From contig JBGOSQ010000001.1 in the NCBI GenBank assembly GCA_041476045.1, forward strand, positions 8,846 to 72,845: 64,000 nucleotides of DNA. The letters are read 5' to 3'. Of the stretch, positions 9,693-18,323 are shown piece by piece; the first letter of the stretch is position 1; every line of letters begins with the position of its first letter. Position numbers and translations under genes: made by a program. The notes beneath the pieces were generated by a model. The model was not told the origin of the DNA. It did no database searches and worked only from the letters and a program-made list of their open reading frames with translations. Source of the stretch: Thermoplasmata archaeon (GTDB lineage Archaea; Thermoplasmatota; Thermoplasmata; Lutacidiplasmatales; UBA184).

Positions 9693-10166
9693 ATGGCGAC
9701 CGCCCCCGTCACGGAGCAACAGGTCCAGGACGACCTGATGCGGCTCGACGCGTACCGCAGTCAGCTCAATCAGCTCGTTCAGCAGCACCAGTACCTGGCC
9801 GCATCGCGCGGCGACCATCTGCGGGCCAAGGAGGCCCTCGAGGGCCTCGATCGCGTCGGGGACGCCTCCGAGCTCCTGATCCCGGTCGGGGGGGAGACGT
9901 ACGTCCACGGTCACCCGGCCGCGGGACGTAAGGTCCTCATCGGCGTCGGGTCCGGCGTCGTCGTGGAGCTCGAGCGGCCTAAGGTCATCGAGATCCTCGC
10001 CGAGCGCCTCACAAAGATCGACCAGGCCGCCCAAGAGCTCGAGGGCCAGATCCGCGGGCTCGACGAGCGCGTGCAGCTCCTCGCCCGACGGATCGACTCG
10101 GTCACGCAGGGAAGCGGATCGTACGAAACCTCGGGACCAGCGTCGGACGATGTGGGCATCGATTAA
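9693..10166 (+). CDS. pfdA: Prefoldin alpha subunit
   Basis: Coiled coils flanking ELLIPVGGETYV and KVLIGVGSGVVVE beta hairpins. Confidence 0.92.
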   Translation: MATAPVTEQQVQDDLMRLDAYRSQLNQLVQQHQYLAASRGDHLRAKEALEGLDRVGDASELLIPVGGETYVHGHPAAGRKVLIGVGSGVVVELERPKVIEILAERLTKIDQAAQELEGQIRGLDERVQLLARRIDSVTQGSGSYETSGPASDDVGID

Positions 10167-11133
10167 GGCCAAGCTCGGGATCGGTCGGAAGCCCGACGCG
10201 ACCCCCGCGGCCGGTGAGTCTGCTCCCGCCGCCTCCGGAACGAACGAGGTCGCCTTCACCGACAGCTGGCTGGGCGCTAGGATTCGCGAAGGGAAGTTGG
10301 ACGAGGTCCTGGACGACCTCGAGATCGTGCTCCTGCAATCCGATGTGGCCGTTCCCGTCGTCGAAAAGATGCGGAAGAACCTCAAGCGCGACCTCGAGGG
10401 CAAGAAGCTCAAGCTCGGCACGGACGTCGAGGGCGCGATCCGGACGAGCCTCGAGGGCTCGGTCCGCCAGATCCTCTCGAAGCCCGGCCTCGATCTGGTG
10501 GTCACCGCCCGCGGTCACGAGCCGAAACCGTACATCGTCCTGTTCGTGGGCGTGAACGGTACCGGCAAGACGACCACGGTCGCGAAGATCGCCGTGCGAC
10601 TGCGCGACGCCGGGCTCGGGGTCGTCATTGCCGCCGGCGACACGTTCCGCGCCGGGGCGATCGAACAGCTCCTCGTTCACGGGGAGAGGCTGGGGATCCG
10701 GGTCGTCCGTCAGCAGGAGGGCAGCGATCCCGCGGCCGTCGCTTTCGACGCGGTCGAGCACGCGCGCGCGAAGAAGGTCGACGTGGTCCTCATCGACACC
10801 GCGGGCCGCCAGCACACGAACGAGAACCTCATCCAGGAAGCAAAGAAGATCCGTCGTGTCGTCTCCCCCAGCTTGACCCTCTTCGTCGGGGACGCGCTCT
10901 CGGGCAACGATGTCGTCGAGCAGGCACGTCTCTTCGACGAGGCCCTCGGGGTCGACGGTCTCGTCCTGACGAAGCTCGACGCGGACGCCAAGGGCGGCGC
11001 GGCGCTCAGCGCGACGTTCGTGACCGGAAAGCCGATCCTGTTTGTCGGCGTAGGACAAGGGTACGCCGACCTCAAGCCGTTCGACCCTGAGTGGATGGTC
11101 CAACGCCTATTCTCCGAGGGTACGGCCGCGTGA
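10150..11133 (+). CDS. ftsY: Signal recognition particle receptor FtsY
   Basis: GVNGTGKTTT, DTFRAGA, DTAGR, TKLDADAKGG. Confidence 0.96.
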   Translation: MWASIKAKLGIGRKPDATPAAGESAPAASGTNEVAFTDSWLGARIREGKLDEVLDDLEIVLLQSDVAVPVVEKMRKNLKRDLEGKKLKLGTDVEGAIRTSLEGSVRQILSKPGLDLVVTARGHEPKPYIVLFVGVNGTGKTTTVAKIAVRLRDAGLGVVIAAGDTFRAGAIEQLLVHGERLGIRVVRQQEGSDPAAVAFDAVEHARAKKVDVVLIDTAGRQHTNENLIQEAKKIRRVVSPSLTLFVGDALSGNDVVEQARLFDEALGVDGLVLTKLDADAKGGAALSATFVTGKPILFVGVGQGYADLKPFDPEWMVQRLFSEGTAA

Positions 11134-11864
11134 GCGCGATCCTCGAGGTCGTCCTCGTTCGACCCAAAGAGGACGGGAACGTCGGCGCGATCGCCCGGCT
11201 CGCCAAGAACTTCGGAGTCCAACGGATCTCGATCGTCCGACCGCGGGCCCCGCTCGGCCCGGAGGCGCGACGGCGCGCGATGGCCGGTCTTCCCCTTCTC
11301 AAGAACGCACGCGTCGTCGCCACGTTCGACGAGGCGATCGCGGACGCCGACCTCGTCGTCGGCACCACCGATCTGTCGACCGGCCGATCGACCGCCTATC
11401 TCCGGCGCTCGATGAGCCCCGAGCGCTTGGGTGAGGTCGTCCGACCGATCGTCGGCCGGGTCGCGCTCGTCTTCGGCCCCGAGGACAACGGGCTCGATCG
11501 CGACCAGCTCCATCGCTGCGACGTGCTCGTTCACATCCCGGCGCGGCGCGAGTTCCCCACGCTGAACCTTTCGCACGCCGTCGGGATCGTCCTGTACGCG
11601 ACGCTGCGCGCGAACGGCCCGGCGGATCCGGAGTCGACCCCGGCGCCTGAAGTGCTCGAGCTCCGGGGCCGGGAAAAGGAGCTCCTCCTCGATCGATTGG
11701 GGGATCTGGCCGACCGGACCGGCTACCCGCGGCACAAGCGACGGGGGCTCAACCTCATGTTCCGGCGCATCTTCGGTCGTGCGACACCCACCGAATCCGA
11801 GTACCGGATGTTGCTCGGTTTCGTCAAGAGCGTCGATCGTTTGACGAGGAAGACCCATGGCTGA
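11130..11864 (+). CDS. trmJ: TrmJ/TrmH-family (SPOUT) tRNA methyltransferase
   Basis: GNVGAIARLAKNFG, VFGPEDNGL, TLNLSHAV. Confidence 0.88.
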   Translation: MSAILEVVLVRPKEDGNVGAIARLAKNFGVQRISIVRPRAPLGPEARRRAMAGLPLLKNARVVATFDEAIADADLVVGTTDLSTGRSTAYLRRSMSPERLGEVVRPIVGRVALVFGPEDNGLDRDQLHRCDVLVHIPARREFPTLNLSHAVGIVLYATLRANGPADPESTPAPEVLELRGREKELLLDRLGDLADRTGYPRHKRRGLNLMFRRIFGRATPTESEYRMLLGFVKSVDRLTRKTHG

Positions 11865-12258
11865 ACCGACCGACTGGATCCGAGTGCGCGGAATGGGGAG
11901 AGAGCGGTTCGCCGGCTACTTGTCGGAGTACCTGACCGCCCTCGGTTACTCGGTCGAGCGCAGCGAATCGACCGATCCCGCCGAGACACGGGTCGCCGCG
12001 ACACTCCAACGGATGAACCCCGCGATCCCGGAGAGCGCGCGGGTCCTCTCGTTCCGGCTCACGCCCACCAGCGGAGGCGCCGCGGTGGTCTGGGAGGCCC
12101 CCACGAGCGTTCCCGACGCCGATCGTCCGCGGCTCGACCGCATGGTGCGCGAGTTCGTCCAACATCTCGAGCGCGCGGTACTCACGGAGAGCCACGCGAC
12201 TGCGAAAGTCGTCCCTCCGCCGTCCCCTCGCCTCCCGTGGACCGCGTCTCTTCCGTAG
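11857..12258 (+). CDS. Hypothetical protein
   Basis: 133-aa ORF, ATG overlapping the upstream gene end, genome-typical codon usage. Confidence 0.65.
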   Translation: MAEPTDWIRVRGMGRERFAGYLSEYLTALGYSVERSESTDPAETRVAATLQRMNPAIPESARVLSFRLTPTSGGAAVVWEAPTSVPDADRPRLDRMVREFVQHLERAVLTESHATAKVVPPPSPRLPWTASLP

Positions 12259-12317
12259 AAAACGCTCCGGGGGGGCAGCTTTATAGTGGGGGCTCGGGTC
12301 CCCCCGCGCACCCGCCG

Positions 12318-12932
12318 ATGTCCCAGTCCGCGTACCGCTACATTGCGAAGTCGTTCCGCCTCACGCTCGGGCCGGAAGGCGCGGCCCTCCGGCACGAGCG
12401 CCTGCTCGCATGGCGACGCGAGAACACGGTCACCCGGTTGGAGCGACCGACCCGGCTCGACCGCGCCCGCGCGATCGGCTGGAAGGCGAAGCGGGGCTTC
12501 ATCCTGGTCCGCGTCCGCGTCCGCCGAGGCGGGCAGCGCCATCGGGCCATCATCGCGGGACGGAGACCCAAGAGGAAGGGTATTCTCCGGATGACCCTCT
12601 CGAAGAGCCTGCAGAGCATCGCCGAGGAGCGGGCGCAAAAGCACTACCCGAACCTCGAGGTCCTCAACTCCTACTGGGTCGGCGAGGACGGCCAGCAGAA
12701 GTTCTACGAGGTCATTCTTCTCGATCCCGCGGCGCCGGAGATCATCTCCGACCCCCAGGTCCAGTGGATCACCTCGGCCGCCCACAAGGGACGGGTCTAT
12801 CGCGGTCTCACTCGATCCGGTCGCGACGGTCGCGGCCTCCGGTGGAAGGGGAAGGGAACCGAACGCTTCCGACCCTCGCGCGCCCGGAACCGGCGCGACA
12901 CTCGCCGCACCCAGAGCAAGGTCATTCCGTAG
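12318..12932 (+). CDS. rpl15e: 50S ribosomal protein L15e
   Basis: RPTRLDRARAIGWKAKRG, IAEERA, NLEVLNSYWVGEDG, RGLT. Confidence 0.97.
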   Translation: MSQSAYRYIAKSFRLTLGPEGAALRHERLLAWRRENTVTRLERPTRLDRARAIGWKAKRGFILVRVRVRRGGQRHRAIIAGRRPKRKGILRMTLSKSLQSIAEERAQKHYPNLEVLNSYWVGEDGQQKFYEVILLDPAAPEIISDPQVQWITSAAHKGRVYRGLTRSGRDGRGLRWKGKGTERFRPSRARNRRDTRRTQSKVIP

Positions 12933-13401
12933 TCGGGCGCTTGCGCGCCGACTCCGATTCGATCTCCGCGAGCCAGTGCTCCAGCGGCACGTTCAATTGT
13001 TCGGCGGTCCGACGTGCCCACCCCGCGATCCCTTCGACGTGGACGAGCTCGCCGCGGAGCACGCGCGCGAGGCGACGACGGAAATCGAGGTCCAGGTCGA
13101 CCTTTGTCGCTTCGAGGAACTCGCGGAGCCGTTGGGCGAGGCGTCCCCCCTCGGCGTCCCAGTCGGTCAGCAGGATGACGCGTTCCGCTTCCCGCGTGAG
13201 CGAGTGGGCGACGCCGCCGAGCGATCGCCCGCGATGGAGGACGACCACTCGGCCGTCGATGCCGAGTCGGGCGAGCGCCCGCCGGTCCCGTTCCCCCTCG
13301 ACGACGATAACGGTCGATGGGGAACGGCTCGCCTCGAGGAGCTCCGCCCACAGCTTGAGGAACTCCGGCCAGACCGACTGTCGTCCGCTCACGGTTCCCA
13401 T
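12922..13401 (-). CDS. Small TOPRIM-domain protein
   Basis: IVVEGERD and ILLTDWDAEG TOPRIM motifs; VEGI near C-terminus. Confidence 0.85.
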   Translation of the reverse strand: MGTVSGRQSVWPEFLKLWAELLEASRSPSTVIVVEGERDRRALARLGIDGRVVVLHRGRSLGGVAHSLTREAERVILLTDWDAEGGRLAQRLREFLEATKVDLDLDFRRRLARVLRGELVHVEGIAGWARRTAEQLNVPLEHWLAEIESESARKRPTTE

Positions 13402-13504
13402 GCGCGACCGGCCGGACGGCACCGCGGGGCGGGCTCTCCAGCGCCCATCGAGCCCACAACTCCTATAGCGTTCCCCCTCCCTCGGGGCGGCACGGACCCC
13501 GACC

Positions 13505-14158
13505 GTGGCCGATCACTACACGCGCCTGCTCGAGTGGCGTCGCGAAGAGGCCGCCGCGCGCGGTTTGCATAAGCTCCCCCACGATTTCTACACCAGTACC
13601 CAGTCGTACCTCGCCGAGACCCGCGCCACCTTCGAAGCGGAGCTGCGGCAGAACCCGGCGGGCAAGAAGGGGGACGTCGCGCGCCAGACCTACCAGCGGG
13701 CGGCGCAGATCGCACGCGACGTGGTCGAGGCGCGGATGATGAAGGTCCTGACCCTCGCGTTCCAGTCGAGCGTCGGCACCGGTCGCGAGCTCTCGAACGC
13801 GCTCCCGGAAGAGCGGGTCCTCTTCGACCGGCTCGTCGACGGACTCCGCAGCCACCGCCAGGACGTCGCCCCCTTCTTGGAATCCACCGCGGCAGCGCCG
13901 GTCGCGGTCGCCGCTGGCCCGGCACCTTCGGCCCCACCGCCCACTGAGCCGACTGGGGCGAGCGCCGCCGGAGGACCCGGTCGACCGACCGTCGTGGTCC
14001 GTATCTTGCGGGACGCGCCTCCGATCGAGCTCGGCTCGGGCACCCTCGAGCTCCGGAAGGAGGACGTCCTCAATCTGCCCGCCGAGACCGCGAAGCTGCT
14101 GATCCAGGCGCAGGTCGCCGAGCGCGTGACCCCCGCCGGACCACCGCGCGTCACGTAG
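13505..14158 (+). CDS. DNA replication GINS subunit (Gins51 type)
   Basis: LHKLPHDFY A-domain, LPEERVLF, Pro/Ala linker, B-domain VRILRDAP...LRKEDVLNLP..TAKLLI. Confidence 0.85.
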   Translation: MADHYTRLLEWRREEAAARGLHKLPHDFYTSTQSYLAETRATFEAELRQNPAGKKGDVARQTYQRAAQIARDVVEARMMKVLTLAFQSSVGTGRELSNALPEERVLFDRLVDGLRSHRQDVAPFLESTAAAPVAVAAGPAPSAPPPTEPTGASAAGGPGRPTVVVRILRDAPPIELGSGTLELRKEDVLNLPAETAKLLIQAQVAERVTPAGPPRVT

Positions 14159-15275
14159 CGGGTAGGGTGTCGCCCGCCGACCACTCGATCACTCGGAACG
14201 ACTCGAACCCGAAGAGTAGGTTCTTCGCCGCGAGGCGCAGCCGGACCTCCGCCTCCGGGCCTCCGACGGCCGCGAGCGCGGATTCGAGCCGGCGTTCGAA
14301 CCCCCAGCGGCGGAGCGCCTCCCGCTGGGGTCCGCAGAATCGCTCCACCAGGCCGGCGGATGCGGCGGCGGAGCGAACCCGGGTGAAATCCACGAAGGTG
14401 CTCAGATCGGAGTACCCCGGTCGATCGAGCGGATCGGGAAGGGTCCGGTGTCCCCGGATCGCCTGGAGCGTACCGCGCGGACGTCCGAGGAGAAGGTCCG
14501 GCTCCTCGGCCCCGTAGTCGAGAACAATCGCCGTCCCCTGCGTGAGGTGGTCCGCCAGTTCTCGGACGAATCCTTCCGCGCTCGGGGCGAACTCGAGGAT
14601 CGCGCCGTCGGGGGCGATCTCGGGCAACGGCATTCCGACGACCGGGCGAAGATCGCTCTCGGCCGCGACGAACCGGTCTTCGTTCCACCGGACACCGAGC
14701 TCGCGCCATCTTCCAGTACCGTAACGAAGGCGGCGGGCCGGCTGGGCGTCGAGGAGCTCGTTCGCGATCACTACGCCCCGGAAGGGACCGTCGGTCGAGA
14801 GGGCTTCCGCCACGCGGACCCGGGCGCTCGCCGCCGCCTCGGCGAGGCGCTGCACGGCCTGCTCGCGCAGCGCGCTGGATCGCTCGACGAGCAGGTACTC
14901 CCAGTTCGCGTCCGCGGGGAGCCTCGCGTCGAGCGCGTCGATCATCGACCGTGCGAGCGTCCCGTCGCCCGGCCCTACCTCGACGACGCGGAACCCGAAC
15001 GGACTTCCCAACCGGACGAATTCTGCGGCGACCCGGTCCGCGAGCGTCGCCCCGAAGAGCGGGGAAACGTGGGCGGCGGTGTAGAAATCGCCGGCGGGCC
15101 CGATCCGACGATCGGGGGCGTCGTAGTAGCCGGCGCCGGGCAGGTAGAGCGCTATGGCCTGGAACTGGTCGAACGGGACGAACCCCGTCGGATCGGCGCG
15201 TCGACGGATCGCTTCGGCGACCGAGGCGAGGCGCGCCGCCTCATCGGGGACCGGTGCATTGGGGTCCGACGGCAC
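14151..15275 (-). CDS. SAM-dependent methyltransferase, MidA/NDUFAF7 family
   Basis: ALY.P..GYY, GDFYTA..VSPLFG, VEVGPGDGTL, ANELLDAQP, LDYG, DLSTFVDF. Confidence 0.88.
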   Translation of the reverse strand: MPSDPNAPVPDEAARLASVAEAIRRRADPTGFVPFDQFQAIALYLPGAGYYDAPDRRIGPAGDFYTAAHVSPLFGATLADRVAAEFVRLGSPFGFRVVEVGPGDGTLARSMIDALDARLPADANWEYLLVERSSALREQAVQRLAEAAASARVRVAEALSTDGPFRGVVIANELLDAQPARRLRYGTGRWRELGVRWNEDRFVAAESDLRPVVGMPLPEIAPDGAILEFAPSAEGFVRELADHLTQGTAIVLDYGAEEPDLLLGRPRGTLQAIRGHRTLPDPLDRPGYSDLSTFVDFTRVRSAAASAGLVERFCGPQREALRRWGFERRLESALAAVGGPEAEVRLRLAAKNLLFGFESFRVIEWSAGDTLPAT

Positions 15276-15311
15276 TCGAACGGCCCCCGGTCCTGGCGAC
15301 GACGCGCACGC

Positions 15312-16088
15312 TCAGCCGATGTAGCCGAGGTCCTCGCGCGGCTGCTCGCGGGTCGCCTCGGCCGGCTTCTGCTCGGCGTCGTGGATCTTCTGGGCGATCC
15401 GGTCGATCTCCTTGGCCTTCGCCTCGAGTTCGGAGAAATCGACGGTGAGGCCGAGGACGGTCGATAGGACCTTGAGGACCGCTTCCGCACTGCGCGGGTC
15501 GACGAAGTAGCCGCTCGTCTCGCCCATCAGGCAGACCCCCTCCATCCCGAAGGTCCGGCCGAGGCCCAGGAAGAGACCCGAGGCACCGATGAGGCCGCCC
15601 CCCGGGTCGTTGCGCGAGAAGACGACACCCGCCTTCTTCATCGCCTCGACGCGCGCCGAGGTCGTAGCCGCGCCGAGCACGCGCGGGTTCTCGACGACGT
15701 GGCCCTGGGCGAATCCCGCGAGCGTGTAGACCTCCTTCACACCGAGGGCAGCGCAGAACTCGAGCACCCGGTAGGTGAGCTCGTACTGGCCTTCGGGCGA
15801 GATCCCCTGGTAGTCGCCTCCGAGGATGATCACATCGCGCTCCCCGGCCTTGGTCCCGCGGCGGTACGAGAGCTCGTTCGAGACGAGGCGGATGATCCCC
15901 TCCTCGCTCACATAGACCTGGGGCGGGAAGTGCTTCGAATAGATCGAAGCGATCGGCTTCGCCTTGAGCTGTTCGCGGAGGTAGTCCGCGGCGAGCTTGC
16001 CGACGTTCCCGACGCCGGGCAGTCCTTCGACGAGGACCGGGTCCTTGAGCTCGGGCTTTTCCGTGACGCGGAAGAGGACGTCGTCCAT
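15312..16088 (-). CDS. Proteasome assembly chaperone (PAC2 family)
   Basis: LVEGLPGVGNVGKLAADYL, FPPQV, GASGLFLG, CLMGETSGY. Confidence 0.92.
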   Translation of the reverse strand: MDDVLFRVTEKPELKDPVLVEGLPGVGNVGKLAADYLREQLKAKPIASIYSKHFPPQVYVSEEGIIRLVSNELSYRRGTKAGERDVIILGGDYQGISPEGQYELTYRVLEFCAALGVKEVYTLAGFAQGHVVENPRVLGAATTSARVEAMKKAGVVFSRNDPGGGLIGASGLFLGLGRTFGMEGVCLMGETSGYFVDPRSAEAVLKVLSTVLGLTVDFSELEAKAKEIDRIAQKIHDAEQKPAEATREQPREDLGYIG

Positions 16089-16136
16089 TTCGAGAGAACT
16101 CCGCCCTTGGACCGGGGGAGCGTAGATAATGCTTCG

Positions 16137-16916
16137 CTAACGGGGCGGTGCGTCTGCGCCGCCGGCGGAGGTGGCGACGGCGGCGAGACCGTCGTCGGTC
16201 ACCCGGAGACGCCAGCGGCCGGTGCGGTCCGGCCGATCCCCCAGCTTCCGGACGGAGACGAGGATCGACGGCGGGTCATCGGTGGAGTCGGTCTTGAGCT
16301 CGAGGACGACGTCGGCCAGCTCCTCGAGCTGCGTGCGCGCCGCCGCACCGGCCGGATCGTCCTGGAGCACGAGGAGGGCCTGCCCACCGTACTCCTGGGC
16401 GAGACGACGGATGTGACGCGCCACGCGGGCCACCTGGGCCGGTTCGGCGAGCTCCAGGAAGAGGTCCAAAGAGTCGAGGACGAGGCGGAACGGACCGTCG
16501 ATGGTCGCGAGATCGGCGAGCAGCCGGTTCTCGAGGTTGAACGTGCGGCGCTGGACCGGCATGCTCGGAGCGCCGGCGAGATCCCGATATGTGAGCCCAC
16601 GCTCGCGGGTCCTCGAGACCTCGATGTCCCGCTTCAGGACCCGGTCGTAGTACTCGGCCGCGAGATCGACCGCGTTGAGGCCCTCGGTCTTCCACCCGAA
16701 CCCGGCGAAGGCGCGCGCGACGTCCTCGGAGCGTTCGTACGTAGTGTAGTAGAGGACCGGCGATCGGCCGATGCCCGCGTGGGCGAACTGCTTGGCCAGG
16801 AGCGACGCGCCGCCGCCCGATCGACCCTCGACGACCCCGAGCCAGCCGGCGGCGAGTGTGCCGCGGATCGCCTCGTCGAGTTCGGGAACGCCGAGGAGGG
16901 CGGGCGTCTCCGCCAT
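16137..16916 (-). CDS. KaiC/RAD55-like RecA-fold protein with degenerate Walker A
   Basis: GVPELDEAIRG, GRSGGGAS (no Lys), YTTYE, LVLDSL, LADVVLEL. Confidence 0.78.
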   Translation of the reverse strand: MAETPALLGVPELDEAIRGTLAAGWLGVVEGRSGGGASLLAKQFAHAGIGRSPVLYYTTYERSEDVARAFAGFGWKTEGLNAVDLAAEYYDRVLKRDIEVSRTRERGLTYRDLAGAPSMPVQRRTFNLENRLLADLATIDGPFRLVLDSLDLFLELAEPAQVARVARHIRRLAQEYGGQALLVLQDDPAGAAARTQLEELADVVLELKTDSTDDPPSILVSVRKLGDRPDRTGRWRLRVTDDGLAAVATSAGGADAPPR

Positions 16917-16917
16917 C

Positions 16918-17502
16918 CTACGTTCCTCCCCGACCGACGTCGATCGTCTCGTCGACGACGAGGGCGAGCATCTGGTCGAGGTCGGAGGTCATCTCCTCGC
17001 TGACCGAGAGAACGATGGCGAGGACCTGTCGGCTCTTCAGGTTCGTCAATAGGATATGGAAGAACTCCGACAGGAGGTCGGGCGGATTGTGGATCGCGAG
17101 CGAGTTCACCGAGTCGATGACGACGATCGACCGGCTCGACGGATGCCGCCGAAGGAGGTACTCGACGCGGAGCATGATGTCCTCGAGCATCCGCGGGCTC
17201 TCGATGTACGTCGCGTTCGGGAGCGGGTCCCGATAGTTCATCATGATGTGGCTGATCGCGTCGACGAAGGACAGTCGGTCCATCTTCACGTCGAGCGCCT
17301 GGGCGAGCGACCAGACGAGCGCGGACGGGTTCGTCACGGAAACGTAGATCGTGTGGGCGTTCGTCTCGCTCCCGATGTCGCGCAGCGTCGCCGACAGGAC
17401 GGCGAAGTACTGGTCCGCGTACTCGCGCGGCTCGATCCGAACGGCGACGGCCGCGCCGTTGCCGAGCTGGCGCAATCGGTCGCTGATGTCCACGGTCGGC
17501 AT
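16918..17502 (-). CDS. Inactive KaiC-like (RecA-fold) protein
   Basis: IYVSVTNP, FVDAIS, VVIDSVNSL..HN, LVVDETI; no Walker A. Confidence 0.68.
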   Translation of the reverse strand: MPTVDISDRLRQLGNGAAVAVRIEPREYADQYFAVLSATLRDIGSETNAHTIYVSVTNPSALVWSLAQALDVKMDRLSFVDAISHIMMNYRDPLPNATYIESPRMLEDIMLRVEYLLRRHPSSRSIVVIDSVNSLAIHNPPDLLSEFFHILLTNLKSRQVLAIVLSVSEEMTSDLDQMLALVVDETIDVGRGGT

Positions 17503-18282
17503 CTACGACCCCTCCGGCCGACCGCCCTTGAGGTGCGGTGCCATGAGGAGCCCGATCGGCGTGAGGCCGATCACGTACTGGGCGCGCGAGTGCGAGGTCC
17601 CGCGCATCTTGACGATCTGGAGGACCCGGATGATGTCTCCCTGACGGCGCGTGTTGCCGAGGAGGATCACGCCGTCCACGATCGCCTCCTCGACGCCGTA
17701 CAACGAGAGCCGTCCGGGAGTCGGGCCGACCTCGCTCACGAGCAGGGTGGTGCAGTCGAGCTGGGAGAGTTCCTGGCCCAGCTTCAGCATGAAATCGCGG
17801 ATACGCTCCTCGCGCCGGATCCGGTAGCACACGGAGGTCAGCGAGTCCAGGACGACCCGTCGCGCCCCGAGCTCTTTCACGAGCCCTCGGATCGTCAGGA
17901 TAAGCAGATCCGTATCCTCGACGGTGAACTCCTCGCGGTCCAACCCCAGCCGGTCGTAGATCACGGGCACGTCGACGAACGACAACGACCCGTTCTCGAC
18001 GAGCTCGGGACGGAAGAACTCGAATGCCGAGAGGTTCTGAATCAACTTCCCCGAGGTCTCGGTCACCGACAGGAACAGGCACTTCTCGCCGCGCTCGGCC
18101 CCGCGAACCAGGAACTCGAGTGAGAGCGTCGTCTTGCCCGAGCCGACCGTCCCCGACACGAGGATCATGTTGCCGCGCGGAATCCCGCCCCCGAGAATGT
18201 CGTCGAGACCCTCGATCCCGGTCGCACACCGGCCGCGCGCCTCGGGCGTCGCCCCGGGTTCGTGTGCGCCGAGAGAAGCCAT
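17503..18282 (-). CDS. KaiC/GvpD/RAD55-family single-domain ATPase
   Basis: TGIEGLDDILGGGIP, GTVGSGKT, VVLDSLT, VDGVILL, KMRGT. Confidence 0.92.
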   Translation of the reverse strand: MASLGAHEPGATPEARGRCATGIEGLDDILGGGIPRGNMILVSGTVGSGKTTLSLEFLVRGAERGEKCLFLSVTETSGKLIQNLSAFEFFRPELVENGSLSFVDVPVIYDRLGLDREEFTVEDTDLLILTIRGLVKELGARRVVLDSLTSVCYRIRREERIRDFMLKLGQELSQLDCTTLLVSEVGPTPGRLSLYGVEEAIVDGVILLGNTRRQGDIIRVLQIVKMRGTSHSRAQYVIGLTPIGLLMAPHLKGGRPEGS

Positions 18283-18323
18283 TGGGCGAACAAGGGGGGG
18301 CGCTCCCTAATAGAATTACTCCG

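Noticed and set aside
16137..18282. Circadian clock (kaiABC)
   Set aside because: Single-domain KaiC-like proteins, no KaiA/KaiB, and no Ser-Thr phosphosite pair at the KaiC position
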